This document shows positions 34,601 to 44,714 of a DNA stretch of 56,431 bases, piece after piece (the stretch's first letter is position 1; each line of letters starts with the position of its first letter). Below the pieces are notes generated by a model, which saw only the letters and a list, made by a program, of their open reading frames with translations, did not search any database and was not told the DNA's origin. Position numbers and translations under genes: made by a program. The DNA is from a virus (taxonomy: Duplodnaviria; Caudoviricetes): positions 1-56,431 of the IMG/VR virus record IMGVR_UViG_3300030102_003788, one strand, 5' to 3'.

Positions 34601-34823
34601 AGAATTAATAAACGTTGCAAGAGAAAAAATAATAACTAACACTGAAGATGATGTTAGTGCTGATAGACTAAAAAACGCAGCAGCTACTAAAAAGCTAGCT
34701 ATATTTGACGCGTTTGAAATACTTAACAGAATTCAAGAAGAAGAAAACCTACTAGAAGGTAAAGCACCTGAAGAAAAAAAGGAAAAAGTTTTTAAAGGAT
34801 TCGCAGAGGGCAGATCTAAGTGA
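34545..34823 (+). CDS. Putative terminase small subunit
   Basis: Helical 92-aa protein (start MNIKETKK at 34545) overlapping the start of the large terminase gene. Confidence 0.5.
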   Translation: MNIKETKKLIIQAGHRAVEELINVAREKIITNTEDDVSADRLKNAAATKKLAIFDAFEILNRIQEEENLLEGKAPEEKKEKVFKGFAEGRSK

Positions 34824-37036
34824 TGTACGAGCAAAGTTTAGTTAAAATAATAGAACCTATTAAACGCACGACTATCAGTCGGCTTAACAAATTAAAAAAA
34901 TGGAAATATGGATACAATAAAGAACATGATGTCGTGGTTATCTCTAAAACTGGTAAAATTGGGGAAATACTTGAGATCCAAAACTTGCGCATTGCTTTGC
35001 CGATGCTGCCAGTGCACGTGCATGCCAACAAAGTAAATAAATGGCAAAAATTAGAATACCCAAAACAGTTAAGTAAATTAAAAAATATATTTGACTGGAG
35101 AGCATACCCAGAAGAACAAAAAGACCAGTGGTACGAATATATAGATGAAGAGTTTAAACGTAGAGATGAAGGTTTTTGGTTTATAAATAATAACAAACCA
35201 ATATACATAACAGGCACACATTATATGTATTTACAATGGAGCAAAATAGATGTAGGAGCTCCAGATTTTAGAGAAGCCAATAGATTATTTTACATATTTT
35301 GGGAGGCTTGTAAAGCTGACAAAAGATGTTACGGTATGTGCTACCTTAAAAATCGTCGTTCTGGCTTTTCTTTCATGTCGTCAGCCGAAACAGTTAATTT
35401 AGCTACAATATCAAGTGATAGTAGATATGGTATACTATCAAAAACAGGAGCAGATGCAAAAAAAATGTTTACAGACAAAGTTGTACCTATTAGTATTAAT
35501 TATCCTTTTTTCTTTAAGCCCATTCAAGATGGTATGGATCGTCCTAAATCTGAACTTGCTTACAGAGTTCCCGCAAGTAAGTTTACAAGAAAAAAAATAA
35601 CAGCTAACGAACAGTTAGAAGATATACAAGGATTAGATACTACTATTGATTGGAAAAATACAGGTGATAATAGTTATGATGGTGAAAAGTTAAACTTGCT
35701 AGTACACGATGAAAGCGGTAAGTGGGAAAGGCCTGATAATATTTTAAACAACTGGAGAGTTACAAAAACATGTTTACGATTGGGTAGTAGAATAGTTGGT
35801 AAATGTATGATGGGTTCAACATCAAACGCTTTAGACAAAGGTGGAGACAATTTTAAAAAATTATATTATGCATCAGATGTCACTAAAAGAAATAGAAATG
35901 GCCAGACAAAATCTGGTTTATATTCTTTGTTTATCCCAATGGAATGGAACTACGAAGGATTTATTGATGAGTATGGAGTTCCAGTATTCACTACTCCTAA
36001 CGCAGACGTGTTTGCCCCAGATGGTGAACTAATAGATGTAGGTGTAATAGATAGTTGGCAAAACGAGGTTGATGGATTAAAAGATGATCAAGACGCGTTA
36101 AATGAGTTTTACCGTCAGTTTCCAAGAACTGAAGAACATGCGTTTAGGGATGAAACAAAAAATAGTATATTTAACTTAGTAAAAATATACGAACAAATAG
36201 ATTACAACGAAGGTATAGGTAATGACGCTGTTATATCAAAAGGTAATTTTCAATGGGTTAACGGCGTGAAAGACACACAGGTTATATTTTATCCAGATCC
36301 AAAAGGTAGGTTTAATATAAGCTGGGTACCACCAGTTCACCTGCAAAACAAAATAGTATCAAAAAACGGTATTAAATATCCTGGTAATGAGCATGTAGGC
36401 GCTTTTGGTTGTGATAGTTACGATATATCAGGAACAGTAGATGGTAGAGGTTCTAACGGTGCTTTACATGGTTTAACTAAGTTTTCAATGGAGGAAGCAC
36501 CTTCTAGTTCTTTTTTCTTAGAGTATATAGCTAGACCACAAACAGCTGAGATATTTTTTGAAGATGTGTTAATGGCACTAGTTTTTTATGGTATGCCTTT
36601 GCTTGCTGAAAATAATAAACCTAGATTATTATATTACTTAAGACGTAGAGGTTACAGAGGTTATAGCATGAATAGACCAGATAAAGTTTGGAATAAACTT
36701 TCTGCAACAGAAAAAGAAATAGGTGGTATACCAAACTCTAGTGAGGATATAAAACAAGCTCATGCAGCAGCTATTGAAATGTATATACAAGACAAAGTAG
36801 GTTTACAAACAAATGGTAACTACGGCAAAATGTATTTTAATAGAACTTTAAACGATTGGGCTAGGTTTGATATAAATAAAAGAACAAAGTTTGATGCTGC
36901 AATTAGCTCAGGTTTAGCTATAATGGCTTGCAATAGACATTTATACGCGCCAAATGCTAAAATTGAAAAACAAAAAGTAAACATAAACATATTCAAGTAT
37001 GAAAATAAAGGGAATATGTCTAAAATAATTAAATAA
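34820..37036 (+). CDS. terL: Terminase large subunit
   Basis: Walker A-like KNRRSGFS, Walker B LLVHDESGK, GST coupling motif, nuclease motifs GCDSYD and FDA.I. Confidence 0.9.
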   Translation: MMYEQSLVKIIEPIKRTTISRLNKLKKWKYGYNKEHDVVVISKTGKIGEILEIQNLRIALPMLPVHVHANKVNKWQKLEYPKQLSKLKNIFDWRAYPEEQKDQWYEYIDEEFKRRDEGFWFINNNKPIYITGTHYMYLQWSKIDVGAPDFREANRLFYIFWEACKADKRCYGMCYLKNRRSGFSFMSSAETVNLATISSDSRYGILSKTGADAKKMFTDKVVPISINYPFFFKPIQDGMDRPKSELAYRVPASKFTRKKITANEQLEDIQGLDTTIDWKNTGDNSYDGEKLNLLVHDESGKWERPDNILNNWRVTKTCLRLGSRIVGKCMMGSTSNALDKGGDNFKKLYYASDVTKRNRNGQTKSGLYSLFIPMEWNYEGFIDEYGVPVFTTPNADVFAPDGELIDVGVIDSWQNEVDGLKDDQDALNEFYRQFPRTEEHAFRDETKNSIFNLVKIYEQIDYNEGIGNDAVISKGNFQWVNGVKDTQVIFYPDPKGRFNISWVPPVHLQNKIVSKNGIKYPGNEHVGAFGCDSYDISGTVDGRGSNGALHGLTKFSMEEAPSSSFFLEYIARPQTAEIFFEDVLMALVFYGMPLLAENNKPRLLYYLRRRGYRGYSMNRPDKVWNKLSATEKEIGGIPNSSEDIKQAHAAAIEMYIQDKVGLQTNGNYGKMYFNRTLNDWARFDINKRTKFDAAISSGLAIMACNRHLYAPNAKIEKQKVNINIFKYENKGNMSKIIK

Positions 37037-37041
37037 CAAAT

Positions 37042-39462
37042 ATGTTAAAAAAAGGTTATCAAGGTAGTTTTCCAAGTCAAGTTGTAAGTGACATAGAAAA
37101 AATGTCTGCGGAGTATGGGTTGCAGGTTGGTAAAGCTATAGCTAGTGAGTGGTTTGCTAATGGTACATATAACAATAGGTATTTAGATACTTCTAATAAT
37201 TTCCATAACCTTAGACTTTACGCTAGAGGAGAACAATCAATACAAAAATATAAAGATGAATTATCTATAAACGGTGACTTAAGCTACTTAAACCTAGACT
37301 GGAAACCAGTGCCTATTATACCTAAGTTTGTAGATATAGTTGTAAATGGTATAGCTGAAAGAATGTATGATGTAAAAGCTTACTCGCAAGACCCACACGG
37401 CGTAAGTAAAAGAACAGAATACATGGAGTCTTTACTAGGAGATTTTCAAACAAAAGATTTAAACGCTTTAGTTGAAGAAACTTTAGGTATAACTCTTAAT
37501 AAAAACGATAAGTCAATAATACCTGCTTCAGAGCAAGAATTAAATCTTCATATGCAGCTTACATACAAACAAGCTGTAGAGTTAGCAGAAGAACAAGCTA
37601 TAAACACATTGTTAGACGGTAATAGGTATGAATTAATAAAGAAACAGTTTTATTATGATTTAACAGTGTTGGGTATTGGTGCTGTTAAAACTTGTTTTAA
37701 TACTTCTGAAGGCGTTACAATAGATTATGTTGACCCAGCACACCTTGTTTATTCTTATACTGAATCTCCTTATTTTGAAGATATATATTATGTTGGTGAA
37801 CTAAAGGAAATACCAATAAACGAGCTAGTAAAGCAATTTCCAGAATTAACACATGAAAATCTAGAAGAAATATTAAATGACGCTGGTAACAAAGATATGT
37901 ACAGGTACGGTGGTGAATACGGGGATAAAGATGTTAACAAAGTTCCAGTATTATATTTTAATTATAAAACTCATATGAATGAGGTTTATAAAGTAAAACA
38001 AACTAGAACAGGTGCGGATAAAGCTATAGAGAAAGATGATCAATTTAATCCACCTGAAAGTAAAGATGGAGACTACAGCGCTTTAAAAAGGTGTATAGAA
38101 GTTTTATTTGAAGGCGCTATGATATTAGGAAGTAGTAAACTTCTTAAATGGGAAATGGCTCAAAACATGATGAGACCTAAAAGTGATTTTACTAAGGTAA
38201 AAATGAATTATGCTATTACAGCTCCAAGAATGTATAATGGTAAAATAGAAAGTTTAGTTAGTAGAGTTACTGGTTTTGCTGATATGATACAGCTTACACA
38301 TTTAAAGTTACAACAGGTAATGTCGCGTATGGTTCCTGATGGTGTTTATTTAGATGCAGATGGTTTGGCTGAAATAGACTTAGGCAACGGTACCAACTAT
38401 AACCCACAAGAAGCATTAAATATGTTTTTCCAAACAGGTTCTGTTATAGGTAGATCAATGACCGCAGATGGAGACATGAACCCTGCTAAAATGCCAATAC
38501 AAGAAATAAACACTAACAACGGTGGCGGAAAAATGCAAAGTTTAATACAGACTTATAATTATTATTTACAAATGATTAGGGATGTGACTGGTTTAAATGA
38601 AGCTAGAGATGCTGCAACTCCAGAAAAATACTCTTTAGTAGGCGTGCAAAAACTAGCAGCTGCAAATAGTAACACTGCAACTAGACATATATTACAGTCA
38701 GGATTGTTTTTAACACAAGAAGTTTGTGAAGCTTTATCACTTAGAATATCTGATATACTAGAATATTCACCTACTAAAAATGCTTTTATTCAGCAAATAG
38801 GCGCGCATAACGTAGCTACATTAAAAGAAATGTCTGAGTTACATTTGTATGACTTTGGTATATTTATAGAATTAATGCCAGATGAAGAAGAAAAACAGTT
38901 ATTAGAAAACAATATACAAGTTGCTTTGTCTCAACAAACAATAGATATAGAAGATGCTATTGATCTTAGAGAAATAAAAAATGTAAAGCTAGCAAATCAA
39001 CTATTAAAAGTACGTAGAAAGAAAAAGCTAGAAAGAGATCAAAAAATACAACAAGAAAATATAATGGCTCAATCACAGGCTAATATACAAACTCAACAAG
39101 CTTCTGCTCAAATGGAAATGCAAAAGAAACAGTCTGAGTCTAAGTCTATGCAAGAGTTAGAAAGTATAAAGGCTAAATTTGAAGCAGAAAGAATGATGCA
39201 AGAAACAGAGCTTAAAAAACAGTTAATGGACCATGAGTTCCAGATACAAATTAGATTAGCTAAATTACAAGCTGATGCTATGAAAGCAAAAGAAGACGGT
39301 AAAGAAGATAGAAAAGATGAAAGAACAAAAATACAAGCTACACAACAGTCAGAATTAATTGATCAAAGAAAAAATGACAAACCACCTAAAAACTTTCAAT
39401 CTGAAGCAGGTGGAGGTAGTGCAGCAATGCCACCGTTACCTGGTGGTATGATGGGTATGTAA
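37042..39462 (+). CDS. Portal protein
   Basis: 806 aa directly after terL; PIIPKFVDIVVNG, VTGLNEARD, and a long Gln-rich C-terminal coiled coil (P22/crAss-type barrel). Confidence 0.8.
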   Translation: MLKKGYQGSFPSQVVSDIEKMSAEYGLQVGKAIASEWFANGTYNNRYLDTSNNFHNLRLYARGEQSIQKYKDELSINGDLSYLNLDWKPVPIIPKFVDIVVNGIAERMYDVKAYSQDPHGVSKRTEYMESLLGDFQTKDLNALVEETLGITLNKNDKSIIPASEQELNLHMQLTYKQAVELAEEQAINTLLDGNRYELIKKQFYYDLTVLGIGAVKTCFNTSEGVTIDYVDPAHLVYSYTESPYFEDIYYVGELKEIPINELVKQFPELTHENLEEILNDAGNKDMYRYGGEYGDKDVNKVPVLYFNYKTHMNEVYKVKQTRTGADKAIEKDDQFNPPESKDGDYSALKRCIEVLFEGAMILGSSKLLKWEMAQNMMRPKSDFTKVKMNYAITAPRMYNGKIESLVSRVTGFADMIQLTHLKLQQVMSRMVPDGVYLDADGLAEIDLGNGTNYNPQEALNMFFQTGSVIGRSMTADGDMNPAKMPIQEINTNNGGGKMQSLIQTYNYYLQMIRDVTGLNEARDAATPEKYSLVGVQKLAAANSNTATRHILQSGLFLTQEVCEALSLRISDILEYSPTKNAFIQQIGAHNVATLKEMSELHLYDFGIFIELMPDEEEKQLLENNIQVALSQQTIDIEDAIDLREIKNVKLANQLLKVRRKKKLERDQKIQQENIMAQSQANIQTQQASAQMEMQKKQSESKSMQELESIKAKFEAERMMQETELKKQLMDHEFQIQIRLAKLQADAMKAKEDGKEDRKDERTKIQATQQSELIDQRKNDKPPKNFQSEAGGGSAAMPPLPGGMMGM

Positions 39463-39489
39463 AATTATTAATTATTATTATATTATATT

Positions 39490-40626
39490 ATGGAAGAAAA
39501 CAAAGAAAACGTGGCCGAAAAGCCTAAAGTAGACGACAAAGTTGAAAAAATAAAAATAAAGAAAAAACCTAAAAAATTTGAAAAAACACCAAATGTCATT
39601 AAGGTTGACATGAGTAAACCAAAAGAAAATGAAACTAAAGAAGATAACACTAACAACGACGGAGTGGTTACAGAGCTTAAAAATGCCGAGCCCGTACAAA
39701 AACAAGAAGAAGTACAACCGGAAACAAAAACACAAGAAGCTCCAGTATTAGAAGAAATAACAAACGAGCCACTATCACCGCCAAAACCAGAATTACCTAA
39801 ACAACCAGATTTACCAGAAAATATACAAAAGGTTGTTGACTTTATGAAAGACACAGGTGGTGATCTAAATGACTATATGAATTTAAATAGAAATTTTGAT
39901 GATTATGGTGATGATGATTTACTTAGGTCTTATTACAAAGATACAAAACCACATCTTGATGATGATGAAATAAACTTTTTAGTACAAGAAAGTTTTGATT
40001 GGGACGAAAAAATAGATGACGAAAAAGATGTGAAAAGAAAAAAACTAGCGTTAAAAGAGCAAGTTGCCAGCGCTAAAGCCTACTTGGACGGGCTAAAGTC
40101 TAAATACTATGAAGATATTAAAATGGGGTCTAAGCTTACTAACGAACAGCAAGACGCTATTAAATACTTCAATGAGTCGCAAGAAAGATTAAAGATTCAA
40201 GAACAAGCTCAGTCTACATTTTTACAAAAAACTGATCAAGTCTTTAATAATGAATTCAAAGGATTTGAATACAATATTGGAGACAAAAGGTTTAGGTATA
40301 ATGTAAGTGATACTGAAAAAGTAAAAACAAACCAGAGTGACATTAATAATTTCATAAGAAAGTTTCTTAATGAAAGTGGTCAAATGGAAAATGCTAGTGG
40401 TTATCACAAAGGACTGTTTACAGCTATGAATCCTGACGCTATTGCAAATCATTTTTATGAGCAAGGTAAAGCAGATGCTTTGAGAGAAAGTATATCTAAA
40501 TCCAAAAATGTTAATATGGATCCTAGACAATCTTTTACAGCACCTAAAACAGGGTTTAAAGCAAGAATTGTTGGAGATAATAATAATCATAAAACAGCGA
40601 CATTTAAAATTAAAAAACGAAAATAA
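39490..40626 (+). CDS. Probable capsid scaffolding/assembly protein
   Basis: Disordered E/K/P-rich N-terminus and helical C-terminus; lies between portal and capsid genes. Confidence 0.55.
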   Translation: MEENKENVAEKPKVDDKVEKIKIKKKPKKFEKTPNVIKVDMSKPKENETKEDNTNNDGVVTELKNAEPVQKQEEVQPETKTQEAPVLEEITNEPLSPPKPELPKQPDLPENIQKVVDFMKDTGGDLNDYMNLNRNFDDYGDDDLLRSYYKDTKPHLDDDEINFLVQESFDWDEKIDDEKDVKRKKLALKEQVASAKAYLDGLKSKYYEDIKMGSKLTNEQQDAIKYFNESQERLKIQEQAQSTFLQKTDQVFNNEFKGFEYNIGDKRFRYNVSDTEKVKTNQSDINNFIRKFLNESGQMENASGYHKGLFTAMNPDAIANHFYEQGKADALRESISKSKNVNMDPRQSFTAPKTGFKARIVGDNNNHKTATFKIKKRK

Positions 40627-40650
40627 CTAAAAATTTAAAATTACAAAATT

Positions 40651-42150
40651 ATGGCAATTACAGGTGCAACGAATACAGTGCCAGCTCCAATACAGCAAAC
40701 ACTGTCTTCGAATTATATTGATTTTGCTACGCTTGGATCTTCGGACGGATGGGCGCAGCAATACCTGCCTGACTTAATGGAAGCAGAAGCTGAGGTGTTT
40801 GGTAACAGAACTATCTCTGGTTTTCTTTCACAAGTTGGTGCAGAAGAGGCTATGACTGCTGATCAAGTAGTATGGTCTGAACAAGGAAGATTACATTTAT
40901 CTTATACTGGTCACGTTGAAAACACTACACAGTGTGATGATGGTGCTACTGCTGGTGGTCAGATTACTCTTGATAAAACTATTGATGGAGTACAATTAAC
41001 TGCTACAGCTAGAGATAATGGTGTTAGAGTAAATGACATTTTATTAGTAGCTACAGCTACTGCTACTCACAGATTATTAGTTCAAAACGTAGCGCTTAAC
41101 GTAGTTAGTGTTGTTCCTTACGACGCTGGAAACACAAATGGTCAAATAGGTAACTTAACTGGATTAACTGCTACAGGTGCTGATGATGATGGATCTTTAA
41201 CGGTACTAGTTATTGGTTCTGAGTATTCAAAAGGTACTAACGGAAGAGTAGGTACTAATACTCCAGGTTTCAAATCATTTACTAACAAGCCAATTATATT
41301 AAAAGACAAGTATGATATCTCTGGATCTGATGCTTCTCAAATTGGTTGGGTTGAAATATCAGGTGAAGACGGACAAAATGGCTACTACTGGTATTTAAAA
41401 GCTGAAGGAGACACTAGAGCTCGTTTTGCTGATTACTTAGAAATGGCAATGATTGAATCTGTTGTTGGTGACAACGCAAACACTGCAGCTGATGGTTCTG
41501 TTTTAGGAGCAAGTCATACTACTTTTGGTACTGAAGGTTTATTCTCAGCTATTGAAACTAGAGGTAATATAGCTACAGGTATTGAAGGTGTTGATGCTGG
41601 TACTGATTTAGCTGAGTTTGACGCTATTTTAGCTGAGCTTGATTCTCAAGGTGCTATTGAAGAAAACATGCTGTTCTTGAACAGATCTACTAGTTTAGCT
41701 ATAGATGATATGTTAGCTTCAATGAACTCTCATGGTACAGGTGGTACTTCTTACGGTGTATTTGACAACGAAGAAGACATGGCACTTAATTTAGGTTTCT
41801 CTGGTTTCAGAAGAGGTTCTTATGACTTCTATAAGTCTGACTGGAAATACTTAAATGACGCTTCTACAAGAGGTGCTATTAATGCTAAAGATACTGTCAA
41901 TGCTATAAGAGGTTGTATGATACCTGCAGGAGTTTCTTCTGTGTATGATCAAACTTTAGGTAAGAATTTAAAACGTCCATTCTTACACGTTAGATATAGA
42001 GCTTCACAAACTGATGACCGAAGAATGAAAACTTGGGTTACTGGTTCTGTTGGTGCTACTACATCTGAACTAGATGCAATGGAGGTACATTACTTATCTG
42101 AAAGATGTTTAATTGTACAAGGTGCTAACAACTTCTTCTTATTGAAGTAA
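40651..42150 (+). CDS. Major capsid protein
   Basis: Position after portal/scaffold, strongly biased codon use, and a strong terminator directly after it. Confidence 0.8.
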   Translation: MAITGATNTVPAPIQQTLSSNYIDFATLGSSDGWAQQYLPDLMEAEAEVFGNRTISGFLSQVGAEEAMTADQVVWSEQGRLHLSYTGHVENTTQCDDGATAGGQITLDKTIDGVQLTATARDNGVRVNDILLVATATATHRLLVQNVALNVVSVVPYDAGNTNGQIGNLTGLTATGADDDGSLTVLVIGSEYSKGTNGRVGTNTPGFKSFTNKPIILKDKYDISGSDASQIGWVEISGEDGQNGYYWYLKAEGDTRARFADYLEMAMIESVVGDNANTAADGSVLGASHTTFGTEGLFSAIETRGNIATGIEGVDAGTDLAEFDAILAELDSQGAIEENMLFLNRSTSLAIDDMLASMNSHGTGGTSYGVFDNEEDMALNLGFSGFRRGSYDFYKSDWKYLNDASTRGAINAKDTVNAIRGCMIPAGVSSVYDQTLGKNLKRPFLHVRYRASQTDDRRMKTWVTGSVGATTSELDAMEVHYLSERCLIVQGANNFFLLK

Positions 42151-42161
42151 GCATTTATATA

Positions 42162-42195
42162 AAAGTCGAGGCTTCGGCCTCGGCTTTATTTTATT
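42162..42195 (+). terminator. Intrinsic terminator after the capsid gene
   Basis: AAAGTCGAGGC-TTCG-GCCTCGGCTTT followed by ATTTTATT; C(UUCG)G tetraloop. Confidence 0.88.
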
Positions 42196-42216
42196 AATTT
42201 TATTATATATTATATT

Positions 42217-43035
42217 ATGGCAAAAAAAGAAAAAACAGAAAAGGTAGAGGTACCTGTTGTTGAAACACCAGTTGTTGAAACACCAAAACCTAAAAAAGTT
42301 GAACCTAAAAAACCTGAATGGGAAATAAAAGACAGAGTTTATTATTTAATAGGTAATAAAAAACCATTATCTTACATGATAAGATCTACTAATATCTATT
42401 ATTTTGACGAAGAAAAAGGTTTTGAAAGAGAATTAAAATATTGTGAAAATCAAAGAACTCCTTTTGTTGACGAAATGAAAGGTGATCAAAGATTATCTCA
42501 CATTGTGTTTAGAAACGGGGTACTACACGTTCCTAGAGAAAAAACAACTTTACAAAAATTTTTAAGTTTATATCACCCACACAAGGATAAACTTTATTAT
42601 GAGTGGAAACCAGTTCAGCAAGCAGAAAAACAATTAGACTGGTTAGAATTTGAAGTTGCTGCTTTACAAGCGGCTAATGATTTAGAAGTTGATATGATGG
42701 AGGCTGTTATGAGAGTAGAAAACGGTTCTAGGGTATCTAGCATGTCATATAAGGAATTAAAGCGTGATTTACTTATATTTGCTAAGAGAAATCCTCAACT
42801 GTTCTTAGAATTAGTTACAGACGATAATATACAACTTAGAAACTTTGGTATAAAAGCTACAGAAGCTGGTATATTATCTTTAACTTCAGATCAAAGAACT
42901 TTTAATTGGGGTTCAACTGGTAGAAAAATAATGACTGTACCTTTTGATGAGCACCCGTATTCAGCTTTAGCCGCTTGGTTTAAAACTGATGAAGGTATGG
43001 AGGTGTACAAGAATATAGAAAAACGAATGAAGTAA
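42217..43035 (+). CDS. Conserved virion-module protein of unknown function
   Basis: 272 aa after the capsid gene; N-terminal PVVET repeats. Confidence 0.65.
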   Translation: MAKKEKTEKVEVPVVETPVVETPKPKKVEPKKPEWEIKDRVYYLIGNKKPLSYMIRSTNIYYFDEEKGFERELKYCENQRTPFVDEMKGDQRLSHIVFRNGVLHVPREKTTLQKFLSLYHPHKDKLYYEWKPVQQAEKQLDWLEFEVAALQAANDLEVDMMEAVMRVENGSRVSSMSYKELKRDLLIFAKRNPQLFLELVTDDNIQLRNFGIKATEAGILSLTSDQRTFNWGSTGRKIMTVPFDEHPYSALAAWFKTDEGMEVYKNIEKRMK

Positions 43036-43046
43036 AACAAAGTAAA

Positions 43047-43070
43047 GCAACCATCTTAACGGGTGGTTGC
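43047..43070 (+). other. Intergenic stem-loop without U-tract
   Basis: GCAACCATCT-taac-GGGTGGTTGC with G-U pairs. Confidence 0.5.
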
Positions 43071-43090
43071 AATACTAAAAAAAACAATAA

Positions 43091-43828
43091 ATGGCAGTAA
43101 GTGTAGATACAGTATATCAAAGAGTACAAGCTATAGCTAACAAAGAACAAAGAGGTTATATAACACCTCAAGAGTTTAATTTATTAGCTAACCAAGCTCA
43201 ATTATTAATATTTGAACAGTATTGCTATGAACTAGGTAAAATGTATGATGAACACGGTAACGTTGGTGAATACAGTGATAAGCTTGATATTTTACATGAA
43301 AAAATAGCACCTTTTGAAAACTGGAAAGTTGCTTTTTCAAATTTAGTTGGTAACGAAGCTACTTTACCAGTAACGCCAATTGTGCATAAATTAGGTACTG
43401 TTTTTTATAATGCTGGCACATATGATTGTGAAGTTGAGAGAGTTGATAAAAACGATTTACACAATATGTTAAAAACAGCTTTAGCAACACCTACTGACAA
43501 CAACCCTGTATATGTTAGAAAAACAGACACAAAAATACTTTTATATCCAGTTTCACCCACAGTAGCGTATTCAATAGTTGGTGATAATCCAAATATATTT
43601 TGTAACTATATATCTAAACCAACTCAAGTTGTTTGGGGCTACAATGTCGTAAATTCATACGCGTTATTTGATGCTACACAAGCAACAGACTTTCAGTTAC
43701 ACGCTTCAGAAGAAACAGAGTTAGTATATAAAATATTAGAACTAGCAGGAGTAACGTTAAACAAACCAGGTTTAACTCAAATAGCAGCAAACGAAGATAA
43801 CGAATTAATGGCTAAAAAACAATACTAA
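43091..43828 (+). CDS. Probable tail ring/head-tail adaptor protein
   Basis: ANKEQRGYITPQEFNLLA.QAQ N-terminus typical of crAss-like ring proteins; gene position. Confidence 0.6.
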   Translation: MAVSVDTVYQRVQAIANKEQRGYITPQEFNLLANQAQLLIFEQYCYELGKMYDEHGNVGEYSDKLDILHEKIAPFENWKVAFSNLVGNEATLPVTPIVHKLGTVFYNAGTYDCEVERVDKNDLHNMLKTALATPTDNNPVYVRKTDTKILLYPVSPTVAYSIVGDNPNIFCNYISKPTQVVWGYNVVNSYALFDATQATDFQLHASEETELVYKILELAGVTLNKPGLTQIAANEDNELMAKKQY

Positions 43829-44710
43829 ATGGGATTAATAACACAAACAGGACAACAATATTATAGTACGGCCTCACCAACTCCTTTTGGTGATTATCAA
43901 TTTACATCTTTAGAAACTATTATAAATCAATTTATTATCGCCTATGTAGGTGAAGATAAAATAATATCAAAGATAAGAAGAACAGACGTGTCTTTTCACG
44001 CTAAAAGAGCTTTACAAGAATTATCATTTGATACTTTTAAATCTGTAAAATCTCAAGAAATAGTCTTACCAAGTTCTTTAACAATGATATTACCACAAGA
44101 TTATGTTAATTACGTTAAATTTACTTGGAGCGATGGTTCTGGTATAGAACATGTTATATACCCAGCTTTAAAAACATCAAATCCAACAGATGTAACTCAA
44201 GACGCTAATGGAGATTACGCTTTTGATGGTAGTCAAAACTTAATAACAGATAACTCTTCTTCTACTTGGGAAAATTTTGAAGCTATAGAAGCTACACCAG
44301 ATAGTGACGATGATTATGATGATGAAATATATGAAGCGCTAGAAGGCAAGCGGTATGGTTTAGACCCTCAACACGCTAATATAAATGGTTCATTTTATAT
44401 AGACCCAAACACAGGTTTAATACACTTTAGTTCTAATTTAGCTGGAAAAACAATAATAATAAAATACATAAGCGATAGCTTAGGTACAGACGCAGAAATG
44501 AAAGTACATAAGTTTGCTGAAGAAGCTATGTATAAATATATAGCGTATGCTATATTATCCACTAGAGCTAACACGCAGGAATATTTAGTTCAAAGATTTA
44601 AAAAAGAAAGATTTGCTGAAATAAGAAAAGCAAAACTAAGACTGTCTAATATTAAATTAGAAGAAATTACTCAAATTTTAAGAGGTAAGTCTAAACATAT
44701 AAAACACTAA
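43829..44710 (+). CDS. Probable tail ring/tubular protein
   Basis: LPQDYVNYVK and Y.SD.L...VHKFAEEA motifs; lies between the adaptor and tail-hub genes. Confidence 0.6.
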   Translation: MGLITQTGQQYYSTASPTPFGDYQFTSLETIINQFIIAYVGEDKIISKIRRTDVSFHAKRALQELSFDTFKSVKSQEIVLPSSLTMILPQDYVNYVKFTWSDGSGIEHVIYPALKTSNPTDVTQDANGDYAFDGSQNLITDNSSSTWENFEAIEATPDSDDDYDDEIYEALEGKRYGLDPQHANINGSFYIDPNTGLIHFSSNLAGKTIIIKYISDSLGTDAEMKVHKFAEEAMYKYIAYAILSTRANTQEYLVQRFKKERFAEIRKAKLRLSNIKLEEITQILRGKSKHIKH

Positions 44711-44714
44711 TTAA

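Noticed and set aside
11180-37036. Introns or inteins in nrdJ, primase-helicase or terL
   Set aside because: The reading frames are continuous and of ordinary length, with no intein splice motifs noticed.
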